Assembly (NCBI GenBank): GCA_012295275.1
Contig: CM022665.1
Location: 21,948,001-22,012,000 of the forward strand
Origin: Chrysomallon squamiferum
Lineage: Eukaryota; Animalia; Mollusca
Direction: 5' to 3'
DNA length: 64,000 bases
Shown here piece after piece: positions 40,901 through 54,411 of the stretch. A program made the translations under genes and the position numbers. Each line of letters opens with the position of its first letter. The first letter of the stretch is position 1. The notes below the pieces were generated by a model that saw only the letters and a program-made list of their open reading frames with translations, was not told the DNA's origin and searched no databases.

Positions 40901-43900
40901 GGTTGAAATGCATTTGTCACTGGCTAAACAAATAATTGTAATATGGATGTGGCATGTTGCAAAATAGCAATCATAATAAAAGTGCTTAAGCACAATGAAA
41001 ATGAGACTGATCAAAGGGATAAATTGATTTTGCGATGACCAGTATAAACATGTCTGAGCACATGATCAACATTTTCATTGACGAACCACCTCCTTATATT
41101 TCAAAAATATAACAGTTGCATATATAATTACTTTTAAATTTTTTATTGATTTGTAACTGAATCATGTTTAATTAGATTAGTTGCTATTTATTTTCTGGAA
41201 GAAAAAAATTATAAACATAAAACTTTTACGTTATTTCTGAAGTTTTGCAGAAACAGCATTTTGATTACCTATTTTTGTAAGATTGGTAGTTCTAAATTTT
41301 AAAACATCTTTCATGCAAGTCCCCAAATATACTTAATGTTTATTTTATTAGTCGTATTTCTTTTACATTTTGTATAGTAGTTTTCTTGGAGTTATTTTTC
41401 AAAAATGATTTTCTTAATACCGTTTCCATATTTTTGTATTTTGAATAGATAGTTGTATCATGTTGTTATGTTTGCACAAAAGGGAGCTGATGCATTGTTT
41501 TCTGTACCCTTTATTAATTAAAAAGTAAATGCATGTTTTGGGTAGAGATCAACCCATTTTTTTGTCAAAAAACTTAAAATACAAATACATTATTTTTTTA
41601 CTTGGAGGTAAATTTTCACAATCGCCTCTGACTGCTATTCCAACAATCAGGTTATTGTTTCTTTTACTCCATTTTTTTAATTGACCTGTTTATCCTATAA
41701 AAAAAACATTAATTTAAAGCAAAGTGATACCATATATACATTTTTTTACAGACTTCAATTGCATGGTTTTTATATTCTGAATTGAATTGATTTTCTGTAA
41801 ATTTAGATCTTTAAGAATGAAAGAAACTTTCCAGTCATAATTATATAATTACCTCATTCATCATTTTATACTGATCTTTACACATAAAAGTCATATCTAT
41901 ATGACTATAATAATGTAGCTATAATATGCAGAATGTTTGTGGGCTTGTTTTAAGTGTGATGTACCTTCCAAAGTAATAAATTGATAAGTGTAGGAAAAAT
42001 TCAGTTACATGTTATATTTGCAAACACTCTACAAAATGAATCGGGTTATTAACCACCTGATACATTTTCAAGTTACAAAGACTGAAAAATTGCTGATTTT
42101 CATATATGATAAGAATTGTCTTTATTGACTGCATTTGAAAAGCTTGTATTTCAGAAATCAGAAGAGCTACAGAACTGAACTTTCATGTGAACACTAGCTT
42201 TAGGAATCACTTCCCACGAATATAACTTTTACAGATGTTTTTGTAATGTAAAAAATTGGCTGGATCATCCTATATATATAATGATTTGTTGCTGTTGCAG
42301 GGCAGGGGGGAATCCAACCTTTTGTTACAAGTGAGTGTTGTTTTTTTGGTAATTATTTTCATGTTTGTTTGATCAGTCTTTAAGTGAAGAGTCAGCTAGC
42401 TTACAGCAGCAGCTGCCATCTCTGCAGCAGAAGAAGAAACAAGGAGAACAACAAATCCTGGCCAAACAGAACAGTTTATCAAAGACTACAGAAAAGAAAA
42501 GGTTATTGTCATATTTTAAAATAATTTATAGTATGCTGCATTTCAGTGCAGGATGTTTTGAATGAATATTTTATCTTGTTAATGTCTTTTTTTTTTAAAT
42601 AAAAAATGACTGGAAATAGTGTTTTATTCTTGAAGAACTGATTATTAATGTGACTTTTTGTTATTGTAGTGAAAAGACAACTGTGAAATCATCTGAAGGT
42701 AAGAAAATTACTAAATTTATCTTTGTTCTAAATCAAATTCATTGTTACTTTAGAAATAAATAATAGATTTTTGTTTATTGATGTAGTAAAAATATTTATT
42801 AGTAATTATTTCTGTTTTGATTTTATTTCCAATTTAAAAATTTAATTTGATAATATGTATACCCTTTGTAGCAAAAGTATTAGAAATATATTTTTTTTAA
42901 ATCAGTTTTCTTAGACTACAAATATTTTATAGTCTCCAAAGAATCCTCCCTGTCTGTAGTAAATTAGATCATTTTTTAACATCACACATTTTTTGTAGTG
43001 CATGTTCTTTGTTTCCTTGTTTGTAGATAGATATTCTTTTGTTTGTTTTGTTAACTAGGAAGTGATAAAAAATCAGCCAGTTGGTTTGATTTTGGTAATG
43101 AGTTTAGCAAAGCTGCTGAGAACAGTGTGTCTGTGAATTGGGGGAATGCTTTCTCCACCAATAATAAACAGGATGTCTGGAGTGCCAAACCTAGTCAAAA
43201 TAATGAATTATCTTCCACTGGTAAGACTCGAAGTTATTGTTTTCTTCAGTGGGTTTTACTAGAGCACAACATTTATTTATGAATTCAGATGTTGCTTTTA
43301 TTCATTGCTTACTAGAAGTTTGCTACTAAGGAACATTTAAATGAAATGCCAGCATAGATGTAAATCTTTTATAATTTTTTAAAATTTATTTTACTATTAG
43401 ATTATTTTCTTCTTCTTTAAAACACTTCCAGATAATATAAAGTGCATTTATTATTTTTTACTTAACCAAAAACATTTTTATTGAATTCTGTTTGGTTATT
43501 AATTTTTATGCTAATTTCATTATTTTGTGTTTTTAACATGTTCTGCACTGATATTATTTTGTCTTTTTTTTTTGTTTTTTTTTTTTCCTGTGTTAAACAA
43601 TGTTCTACTTGACTCGTTTAAGAAACAAAAACATTTCTTTCAAACCCAACTTTTCATTATTTTACGAGCAATAAAATATATTTATTAATCTCTCTGGATT
43701 AGCTTTATTTGTTCATTTTACAGCTGAACTGTGTACACAAAACCCTCAGTTACCGTATGTGCAGGTGAAGAAAAATAAAATTTCATCCTAAATCCAAATT
43801 TTCCTGAACTTTAATAATATTTAATGAATTTATTATTATATAATTTTTTAAAACTCTTCTTTTAGCATTCATGGCTGGACCCAAGAAGAAGTACAGAGCT

Positions 43901-46900
43901 TTATTTGACTTTGAAGCACGATGTGATGATGAATTATCACTTGCACCTGGAGATGTTGTTTGGGTATAATCATATATTATCTTACACTGTAATACTGGAA
44001 AAAAGAAGATAAACAAAGTTTATAAACTTGAGAAGTTTTATTCTGAATGGAGTCACTAGACACATTTATTACACATTACATTATTACTATGTATATATTT
44101 GACTTGACAATTTTTTAATTTATCTTTTAGATACCTGATGAGCAAGGTGATACTGTAGAAGGAATGGAAGAATGGTTTAGGGGTGAGAAAAATGGTGTTG
44201 TAGGCTGGTTTCCAAAAGCTTACGTTGAGCTTTCTGAAGATCAACCAACTAGTCAGCCAGTAGTCAGCCAGAGAGAAGTCATGACTAGGTATTCTTTAGA
44301 TGTTAAAATAATAATAAATTACGATAATTTTTTAGAAAAGAGCTAATACATGAATTGATGTAAGGAAGGGAATTTTCTTTTTCCATAGAATTCTTCTATG
44401 CATAAAAAAAATTGTTTACAGGGTACTTGTAAGGAAGCCTTTTGGAATCTTAATTTCAATAGATTGTGATGAATAAATCGTACTGTATAAAATTGAAGAT
44501 ACAGGTTGACTGAGAGTTTAAAAATGAAAAAAAAGTAATAAATTGTGAAAGGAATATATTTCGATAAATTAGTTGGCTTTTGTGTAATCTTTTATTATTT
44601 TTTAAAGACAGTATAAATGGTTAAAATGGGAAACAGTTTAGTTACTGGTTGTGTATTTCAGTGTATCAGAACCCAAGTTAAATGCCCCATCTCAGGAAGA
44701 ACCAGTAATAGAGCAGCAAAACTCTGAAGTTGATATAGCTGGAGTACCAGGAACTCTGTCAACATCAGTGGACTCTCCATTTATGGCAGTGTCTCCAACT
44801 CCTGGTCAGGTATCTGTAGATGTTATGTTGATTACTTGAGAGCTGAATGTTTATTGGTAAAGACTTCATTAATTCAAAAATGGAAAAATGAGAAAACATT
44901 CCAGCATGTAGATATCATCTCGCTATTTGATAATTATTAATTATGTGGGAGTATTAGGCTTGGTGAAGTCAAGATACTAGAGGTAAATAACTTCTTTGTT
45001 AATATTAATTTGTTTGCTAAATTTTTAATATTTTTATTTACTGTTTTCCGGTTCAATGACTGACTTTTGTCAGTTTATCAGAACTTTCATTTTCCATTTT
45101 ATTAACTCTTGCATCCTTATTTGTTTTTTAAATTGCTATACTTTTGAATTTTGGTGTGAATATTTTTGCATATTTGTAAAAAATTTAACTTAATCTTTTT
45201 CATGTTGTGAAATAATTGTTACCGTAGGGTACCATGGCTCCTGAAGGTCTTCTTTGCAAGGCTATGTATCCTTGGAAAGCTCGCCAAGATAACCATTTAA
45301 CTTTCAACAAGGATGACATCATTACTGTGAAGGAACAGCAGGATATGTGGTGGTTGGGAGAACTTGCCGGCCAGGTGAGAAATGCATTAACAATAAATAT
45401 ATGTTTTTCATGTTTTATCATTCATTTTGGTAATATTCAGAAGTTGAGCTATAACAGTTGTTGTTTTTGGTAGAGAATGAATCACGTTTTCGATTAAGTG
45501 TGGTGGTGCTGAACATTCATTTATTAATTATAGAGTTTGTATTTTATTTATCTTACAGACTGGATGGTTCCCAAAGGCATATGTTAAACTCATTGGTGTT
45601 GGATCTTCCAAAAACAGGTTAGAAAAATGTTATGCAGTTTTATTTAAAATTAAAACAAATTTTTTTTTATTTGGCCTTAATAGTAACATAATGACAAAAT
45701 ATATTTTGAATTTACATTCATAAACAAAGTTTAAAGTGTATAAATTTAAAGTGTATTTAAAAGACCTCTAATCAGATGAATATTTATCATGGTATTACAG
45801 CATAAATTATTATAATAATTTGTAACATTCATCTGTATTCTTATTGCAAGATTATTTGTTACAAAAGTAATCTCAGTAATTTTTTAATAGTTATAAAATA
45901 TGCAGATTCTAGATATGTTAGAAATGTTTTAGTTCACTGAATGGAAGCCCTATGGGAACTCTGGAAAAGCCTGAGAGTGCCAGAGCATCTCCTGCTATAA
46001 ATAAATATGGAGGAGGTAACTAAAATTTGAAAAATAATTTAAAAAATAATAAGTATGTGGAAATAAATTTTTGAAACTGCTGCTTCCAAGCTGCTTCCTT
46101 AAACAGAAATTTTCATGTTGTATTTCTTCCATCATTTAAATATCTTTTTCAAAAATATTTTATACAGTTATTTATACATTTTTCAGTTTAATTTAAAACA
46201 GCTAATGTCTTAGAATTAATAGAATTGTTCTTGAAACACTGCTGTAAAAATCCTGTCTGTTTTTGCTTACAGAATATTATGTAGCTATGTACACCTACAG
46301 TTCAGATAATCCAGCAGACCTTCAGTTTAATGAAGGAGATATGATTCTAGTCACTAAAAAAGATGATGATTGGTGGACTGGCACTCTAGGAGAGAGCACT
46401 GGAATATTTCCAGGCAGCTATGTTAAGAGTGTAGAAATACAGGTAATCTGCACATCACAGTTCATACGTAGGAAATACATGTAAAGTTAAATGTTTTTAA
46501 TATACTATATTTCCATATCAGAAGAATTCCTTTCTTTATGTAATAGTTTTGTAACTGTACTTTACATTTAACATGTTTAACAGATTTTACTTTCAATTTG
46601 AAACATCTTATGGACTGATATATTATCAGTTCAGCAGGGAATTAATGGGCATTAATGTTTTTTTCCTTCTCAACCATACCAGTCACTTGCCTTCAAAGTT
46701 GTATGCACAGTAATGATAGCATCCCATCACTTCAACAAAATCAAAGCTGTATATAGTGTGTTTCATTTACATTCCACAACAATTATCTTATTTGTCACTA
46801 TGTTAAATGTTAGTTGAATACTGACCTTATTGTGATTAGTTATCTGCTTATCATCTTGGACATTGCTTTGACACTCCTTGCTTTGAGCTTGTTACAGTAT

Positions 46901-49900
46901 GGATCTTGTTATTGCTTTCTTCATGCTTCTGCTTTTTTAAATGATGCTATAATGCTAGTAAATCATCTGGATTATGGCAGAAACGAGTTTTGCTTTACTA
47001 CTGCTTGGCTTCTAGCAAAAGGAGAAGGATTTGTGGCATGGTAATAGCTTATTTTAGCATTTACCTGCAGCCTGTACTTGTTAGCAATGAAAAAAACCCA
47101 GCTTAAATCAATGAACACAGATGCTAGACAATACAAATTATTGTTAAAATAAAACCTCCACACATTTCCAAGAATGAATGGACTGCACTTTGATGAAGTA
47201 GATGTGAAGATTGATGGATGAGATGAATAGGCCTAAGTTGTTTGGAAGAGAAATAAATCTGAATATGAAGAATATTTTAAAACTGTTACTTCTTTGCCTT
47301 ACCTATCAGTTTTTTTATTTATTTATAATGATTAATCCCAAATAAAACATGGTCTTTCAATTTGTCTCAGGATAAAACTTTTCAGATAATCTTAATTTAA
47401 TTCCTTTTTTTTTTTTTTTTTAAATACCAATAATAAAAAAGGAACAAAAAAGAAAGAAAAACAGAAGTGTACAAATTTTAATTGTGATCAAATACCTTTT
47501 AGTAAATAAATTAAGCAGTTTATCTTCTATTAACTTTATAAAACTGAATAACTGCTATTAATTTTTTTATTGTTCACATATAAATGTCTTCTATCAGACA
47601 ATCATGATCATTTGTATCAGTTTGGAGTGAAAGTTTGTTTAATCTTTATAACACCATCAAAGAAAAATGCTAAAAATTCTTTCCAGAAGAAACAACCTAT
47701 ATCTTCAGTATATGACATTGTTGACACCTTGAACAATAGCAGTAATAAGGCTATGAAACAAAGACAAACCAATTTAAATTGGTTAGACACTCAGGAAGTT
47801 TTTGGCAAAGTTGATAAAACAATAGAAGAAGATTCACTGATGCAGACTGCTTGTCAAAACATTAAGCCACTGTCTGATTCTCTGGGACTTGTGACCTTTG
47901 ATTCACAAGTAAAAACAGTGACTGAAGCTGAAGTGATGAAACCTTTTAAATTTGATCCAAAATGTTCAGATAATACCATTTCAACTGGTAAGGAGACTGA
48001 GCTCATGTTGGAAACTACAGCTGATAATGAAGCAGAGCAGTTTGATTATGAGCCAGTAGAATGTTTTCAGAATGAACAAAGGTCATCTGAAGATGATCTT
48101 TATGAAGAAGTGAATATGTGGCTTCCACCTTCAAAAGAATTCACAACAGGTTTACCTAATTACACAGAAGTAGATAAGGTATAAAGAAACATTTTCTTCT
48201 TGCTTGTTATTTTTTCTGCATTCTGTTAGGAAAGTAATAATAGGAAGAGGTTATTGGCAGCTAAACACTACTTAAAGATTGTAGGAAACAGAAAAGTAGA
48301 AGATATGGATAAATGATTGGTGCACACAGTGTATTTTGAAATGTTAAATGCAACAAAAATGCCCACTTCATTTATTTTCTGTCAGTAAATAATGGGATTA
48401 AATCTGGACACAGATTGGAATTTTATCATTTTTAACATACAGCTCAAGGTTTGTTATGTTTTTTTAACACATTGAGTAGTGACAAATGTAGTGACCTCTT
48501 TTATTTCGGTGAAAAGTAAAGCTGACAGTTTTACAGAACTACTGGGTATAATTGCTATTTTTTCTTCATGTAACAATATTAGTCAACATACAGATGAACT
48601 TGCTTTTCTCTGACACATCTTTACAAATCATCCATAACCATATTCAAAGAAAAAATCATATTTATGATTTTAACACGACTTTTAAGAAACTACAGAATTT
48701 TATTTTCTGAAATCACAATTCATATTTTACATTTTAAAACAAAAATATATCATTTTTATTTAGTATACACAATTACTTTAGCTGCATATTAATGGCTTTT
48801 ATGTTAGCTGAATTGTAAGTTATCTGCTATATAATTTTAGTATGCTTGTTTAGATGTTTAGATGCCTTCATGAAATATAGTAATGTGCATGTTCAAGCCA
48901 GGAATTAAAAGACTTCACTGTCAGTTAAGACATTTTAGTCTTTTTTCTTTTAAAAGGTATACCTTTGGTGACCAGAAATAATTTTAATGTATTCTATGTA
49001 TATTTTGGGGTTATGTTTATCAATGTTTTGGCATTCAGTTCTAATTAAAAAGTATGACAACCAAAGAATACAGTGTAAGAAACAGCTAGGTAACACCATT
49101 TTTCACTGAGATGTCATCATCAACAGGGTGGACTAATCCATTTTAAAATTTCTCATAGTTGTAATAGAAAGTAGTATCCATTCCACGATATACATGATGT
49201 TGAGTGACTTTAGTTAATAAAGGGATAAACTGGCAGTGTTCATATTGGTATTATTGTATTTTATTTTTTGTTATTAGTATGGAAAGGCACCCAAAACAAA
49301 AATTTGGAAATTTAAAAGAATTTTATTAAATCATTCATTTGTATGATCACAGGTTCACTTTCAGTTATTTTTTTCATAGTGATACTCAGTCTTAATTTAG
49401 AGTAAAGCCATGCAGTTTTGTCTAAAAATATATGTATTAGTGCAAATTCATCTTTTAAATTCTGGCTTGAAAAATATGGTGTGAGATTATTTTGCACTAT
49501 TATTTATATACTTGGCATTTAAAATTGGAATATCCTCAAATTTTAAATATTATTTATATTTTTAGAACTGGAATGTAGTGGAACAGTTCAATGAATTACA
49601 GGCTGTTAATTACTAATTTCTCACACCATGTTACCACTAATTATCAAATATGTCATCTTGCTTTCTTTTTTATATCTTGCATGTGCATGCTTATGTATCT
49701 TCTGGTGCTTCTTGCTAGAATTGCTCGTCACTAATCTTTGAAGGAACAGATAGTAATTCCCAGACATCAGATTCAGCAAGCATCACTTCAAAGACATTAA
49801 ACAGTGATACAGACAGATATCAAGGGAACATGTCTGATGAGTTTTCAAAAATGACTAGCACTTCAGAACTAGCTGAAATTCAAGATAACGTGATGACCTC

Positions 49901-52900
49901 TATGAGTAATATTGATCCCACTTTTGAAATTTGTGAAAGCACAAGTCTTTTAGAAGTGACACCCTCTGAATTTGCTGGGCAATTAATTGAACAAACTGTA
50001 TCAGTACCTGGGTCTGTAGAGTTGCAACCCTCTAGCAGTGGTTTTAGAATTGAAGCCTCTAGCAGTGATTTTAGAATTGAAGCATCTTCTCTGGAGTGGC
50101 CAGTGTTTGAGAAAAACATGAATGAAACTGTAGCAAATGAAATTGGTAAACAAGATGCTGGCAAAACAGTAACTTATGAAGAGCAGTTGGATTATGAACC
50201 TATTGAATGTGTCACTTTCAGTCCTTCATATGAAACTCAGAACCTGTCTGATGATTCTGATCTTTATGAAGAAGTCAACTTGTGGCCTTCACCTTCACCG
50301 TCAGCTTGTGGACCATCATCTAACACTGCTGAATCATATAAGGTACATTTAGAGCCTGGTCCCATGTCTTCATGACTGTAATTTATGCTCATTTCAAGCT
50401 GTATTTTTTTCCGTTCTAGATATTGCTTTGTAGTGCATGGTAAAGGTTAGTATTGTCTGTAAATGCTTTGTAATGCTCTGTAATGCTATCATTAATGCAG
50501 TTACACTTAGTTGGGGTTAGGATATATTGCATGACTGATGTACATATCAAACATTAAATGAAATACCTGCATTTCATATTCAATAATTTATGCACAAATT
50601 AAATGTATATCAAGTATATTAAACTTATTAGTATATACCAGAGGGGGGTGAAAACAATACATATATATATATATACATAAATGGGTTACTTTCATTTTTT
50701 TATATTTTTTTATAGATGTCACTGTTTGGGAAAAAAAATAGTTTTTGTTGCAAACCTTTTTAATTTTGTTATTTGTAGTAATTACAAATAACCCAAAACA
50801 AATAATTCAGTTTTAAGAAAAGATTAAAAATAACATTAAGAAGATAAAATCTTCCCAGATTCTTTAATGTTAACACAAAAGTTAATTTATTACTCCTTGC
50901 TAGTTACATTACATTAACATAGTGTGTGTAGCCATGCCTCCCAACATTAGGCTTGTTGAAGTTTTTCAAAGACTAGTTAATCAACATAAGAATATCATCA
51001 TTCAACAAAATCTTTACTAAACATACAGGAACTGAATGTTACTTTTTACAGAAAAACCTTTTAAATAGACAACAGTAGAAAAGACAGTTAACTCTGAAGC
51101 AGTGGAAAAATAAGATAAATAATTCAGCATTTTTAATGGGGTTTTTTAGATGAAGAATTAAGTCGAGATAATTGATTTTATAGTCAAATCAGTGTTTCGG
51201 CTGAGATTGAATTAATTCAGTAGTGCTGAATTTCACACTGAGAATTCCCACCTGCTGGAGAAATGGCAGAATGTTTGTGATATATGTATCATAAGTCTTG
51301 TTTTGAGGAACTTAACAGTTTCTAATGCAGCCAGAAATATTCTTCTAAAAGGCTGCATTCACTAAGCTGAAATATTTGTTTGGCATCCTGAAACTGAGGT
51401 GCTCTATAATTAGATGTGTCAATGACAGAATTTAATTTTGAAGTGCAGTTGCAACATTTGTATTGTGTAATACATTACTTTACAATGAAATTTTCTCTTC
51501 TTTTTCTTAATATTTTCTACTAAGTTTATATTATGTTTTTAATCATTACCTTTTTCTTTTCTACTTAATGTTTTCAGCCTGATCAAAAAATATCTAAAAA
51601 ACCAGGTAGGGCTTTCATTTCTTTTTATTTATTATTCATTTTTTAAAAAAGGTATTATAGTTTGAAGATTATTACAAATGAATTATGTCTGAATTAAAAA
51701 TGTGTTATAAAAAAATAAGTGCAGTGGCTTAAAAAGGATTATGGTTGGAATTTTTGTTTCTGATGATTTTTAAAAAGAACCAGCATAAAAGTTTAAAAAA
51801 ATTGTGTGTGATACTCGCTTCAGTATTTTACCATGAAATGTTCATATAATAAAATAATAACAGTAGTAAACTAGCTTCTGTTACATTCATTCCAAACCCT
51901 GTCATACTTATAACACGTCTCAGTTGATGGATTGCTGTTAAAATTTGTTTTAAAAATTAAAATCTGTAACTGCTACTTACATTACTTTCTAGTTGAGTAT
52001 AATTATTTGTAGTCATCAGTTGTGTGTATTTTTATTCAGAGATAGCCATTGTTATTGCACCATATCAAGCCACTGGGACAGGTCAGCTATCATTGGAACC
52101 AGGAAACTTGATACAAGTGCGACAGAAAAGTCCACGAGGTTGGTGGGAAGGAGAGTTACAAGTCAGTATTTGAGATTTTGATAGATTTCTTTTTATTATT
52201 ATTATACATGTTCATTTAGGAAAATATCTTAATTTTTGTAAAAAGTATTCAGTTATAACTCAGAAAGACGGATAAATTTAAAATCCCTCAGGTTATTTTC
52301 AAAAGTTAAGCAAAAGGTGTTGAATTGTGTATAGAGAAATATTGAATTGTGTGAACTGAAACCAGTGTATTTTATTTTTGTTATTTTTTATTTTTTCAGG
52401 CTCGTGGTCAGAAGAAGCGCATTGGTTGGTTTCCAGCTAATTATGTAAAAATGTTGGGATCATCAAGTGCTAGATCAACACCTTCTGGAGAAACTAATGC
52501 CCAGGGTGAGACATCTACTTGTGCAGCACAACAGCTGAGTGTTGTAAGTAAAAGTGTTCATATTTACAAAATGGTCCCAGTCATTTACATTCACCATTAC
52601 TTTGGATCTGCACTGATAAATGTGATGACTGTTAAGTTTTAAATGTTAGTTGAAAGTAAATTATTATGATAAAATGTAAAAATATCACTGATTGGAATTA
52701 GAATAACTGACTAATTTAAAAAAAAGATTACATTAGTAATTAGTGATGCAATAGTTGATAAAGAAAAGTTTTCAGTAAGAATTTTCTGAAACCAACAAAT
52801 TATGCATTCTTGAACTTAATATATATATTTTTAATCACTGCTTATTAAAAACTGTGTTTATAAATGTTTTTATTTAATTCCCAGCAATCTGCAAAACAGC

Positions 52901-54219
52901 AGACTAGTCGGTCAAACACTCCCCAAAGTCAGAACAGTCATACCCCACAACCATCTATGGCTGAATCAAAATGCAGTAAGTGATTTTTCTATTTGATATC
53001 TACTGCTGATCTCTTTTCTGGTTGTTTTCTGTCTCAAAAAGATTTATATATTAATATTAATTTTGATATTGGAAAGTTTTCAACAGGAAGTCAAATTCAG
53101 CATATTCAGCAATTGCTTCATGTAATATGCCATAACAGCTCAGCAAGACTTTTTTTTTGCAGTGCAGAATCTTTTAACATTGATTAAACCATTGGTGGAG
53201 GAAAAAAGGGGGGAAAAAATAAAACATTCTATATAATCTACCTACTATACATAAAAGTATGGGTAATTTTTGCTTGAAAATGAAAAATGTCCAAGGATGC
53301 CAATTGCGTTAATAATTTCTGACTTGATAAAAATAGATATGATGTTTTGTATTAAACTATTGATTTTCACTTTCCCAGTATTGGTGTTGGTCTAGTATTA
53401 TGACTGAATTTGGTCTTAACCATAATTCAGAATTTTGCTCATTGATGGTAATATCCACATTGGTAATGAAAAGCTTAAGATCTATGTTATTAACACATAC
53501 AGAGAGTAATATTAACACATAATTGTGATTTCAGTGGAACATGTCATAGCCCTTTATGGCTATGCTGCCCAGAATGATGATGAGCTAACATTCCAAAAAG
53601 ACGCTGTGATACGTGTAATTAATAAGGATAATCCAGATTGGTGGTTTGGAGAAGTTGAAGGTGAAGGACAGACAGGCGTCTTTCCATCCAATTATGTTGC
53701 ACCTTACACCAAAGATTCTCAGGCATCCATTTCCTCCTGTAAGTAGTTGAATATTTTATTTTATTATTATTGTTACTACTTATGAAACGTCCTGATAAAT
53801 GTTGCTGTGGCATGAATTGTAAAATTACAGTTAATATGTGATCAGTTTTATACACTGATTTGAACACTACGGCTTAAAACATTTTAATTTTATAATCTGA
53901 ATTGGATCTGGACTGACAAATATGATGAGTTTCAGACAGTAACATAACAATGAGTTTACCAGTAATTAGTTTCTTATCTTGTGGCTTTAAAGTAGATTAC
54001 CATAGCTGTCATTAATTTCAGGTCTGAATAATAGAAAGATGTGTTTCTACCATTATCAGTTTGCATCAATTTATGGGAAAAAGATTTTGAGAGTACCTGT
54101 TGTTTGAATAAACTATAAAAATCAAAATTAAAAATATGTAAACCATTTTCTCTTTTTAAATGTCAGTTCATAATTTTAAGTTTCATTTATATTTCTTTTC
54201 TTCTTTTTTTGCCCTAGGA
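31824..54219 (+). CDS. ITSN1: Intersectin short isoform (ends after SH3E via alternative terminal exon)
   Basis: The SH3E exon ends in phase 1 (T at 53738). A strong acceptor (pyrimidine tract, CCCTAG at 54217) supplies GA, forming TGA. Long non-coding 3' UTR-like sequence follows. Confidence 0.7.
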
Positions 54220-54380
54220 TGATGCCAGTCCAGAACTCGCCAGTGTCTGACAAAACAAAGAGCTGTCACCTTTAAATAAGCAGGGACATTTTTCTGTTCT
54301 GCTATAGCTTCTTTATCATCAGCCATATTTGCATACTTAATAATTGTCTTTCCAAATCTCCTTCAATCTGATTTTTTATT

Positions 54381-54411
<31 letters not shown>

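Noticed and set aside
43724-43764. Possible ITSN microexon with good acceptor and two donors
   Set aside because: Lengths of 31 or 41 nt shift the frame. It could only be a poison exon, which cannot be supported without reads.
53922-54027. Box C (ATGATGA) / box D (CTGA) pair suggesting an intronic snoRNA
   Set aside because: No convincing terminal stem or recognisable rRNA-complementary guide.
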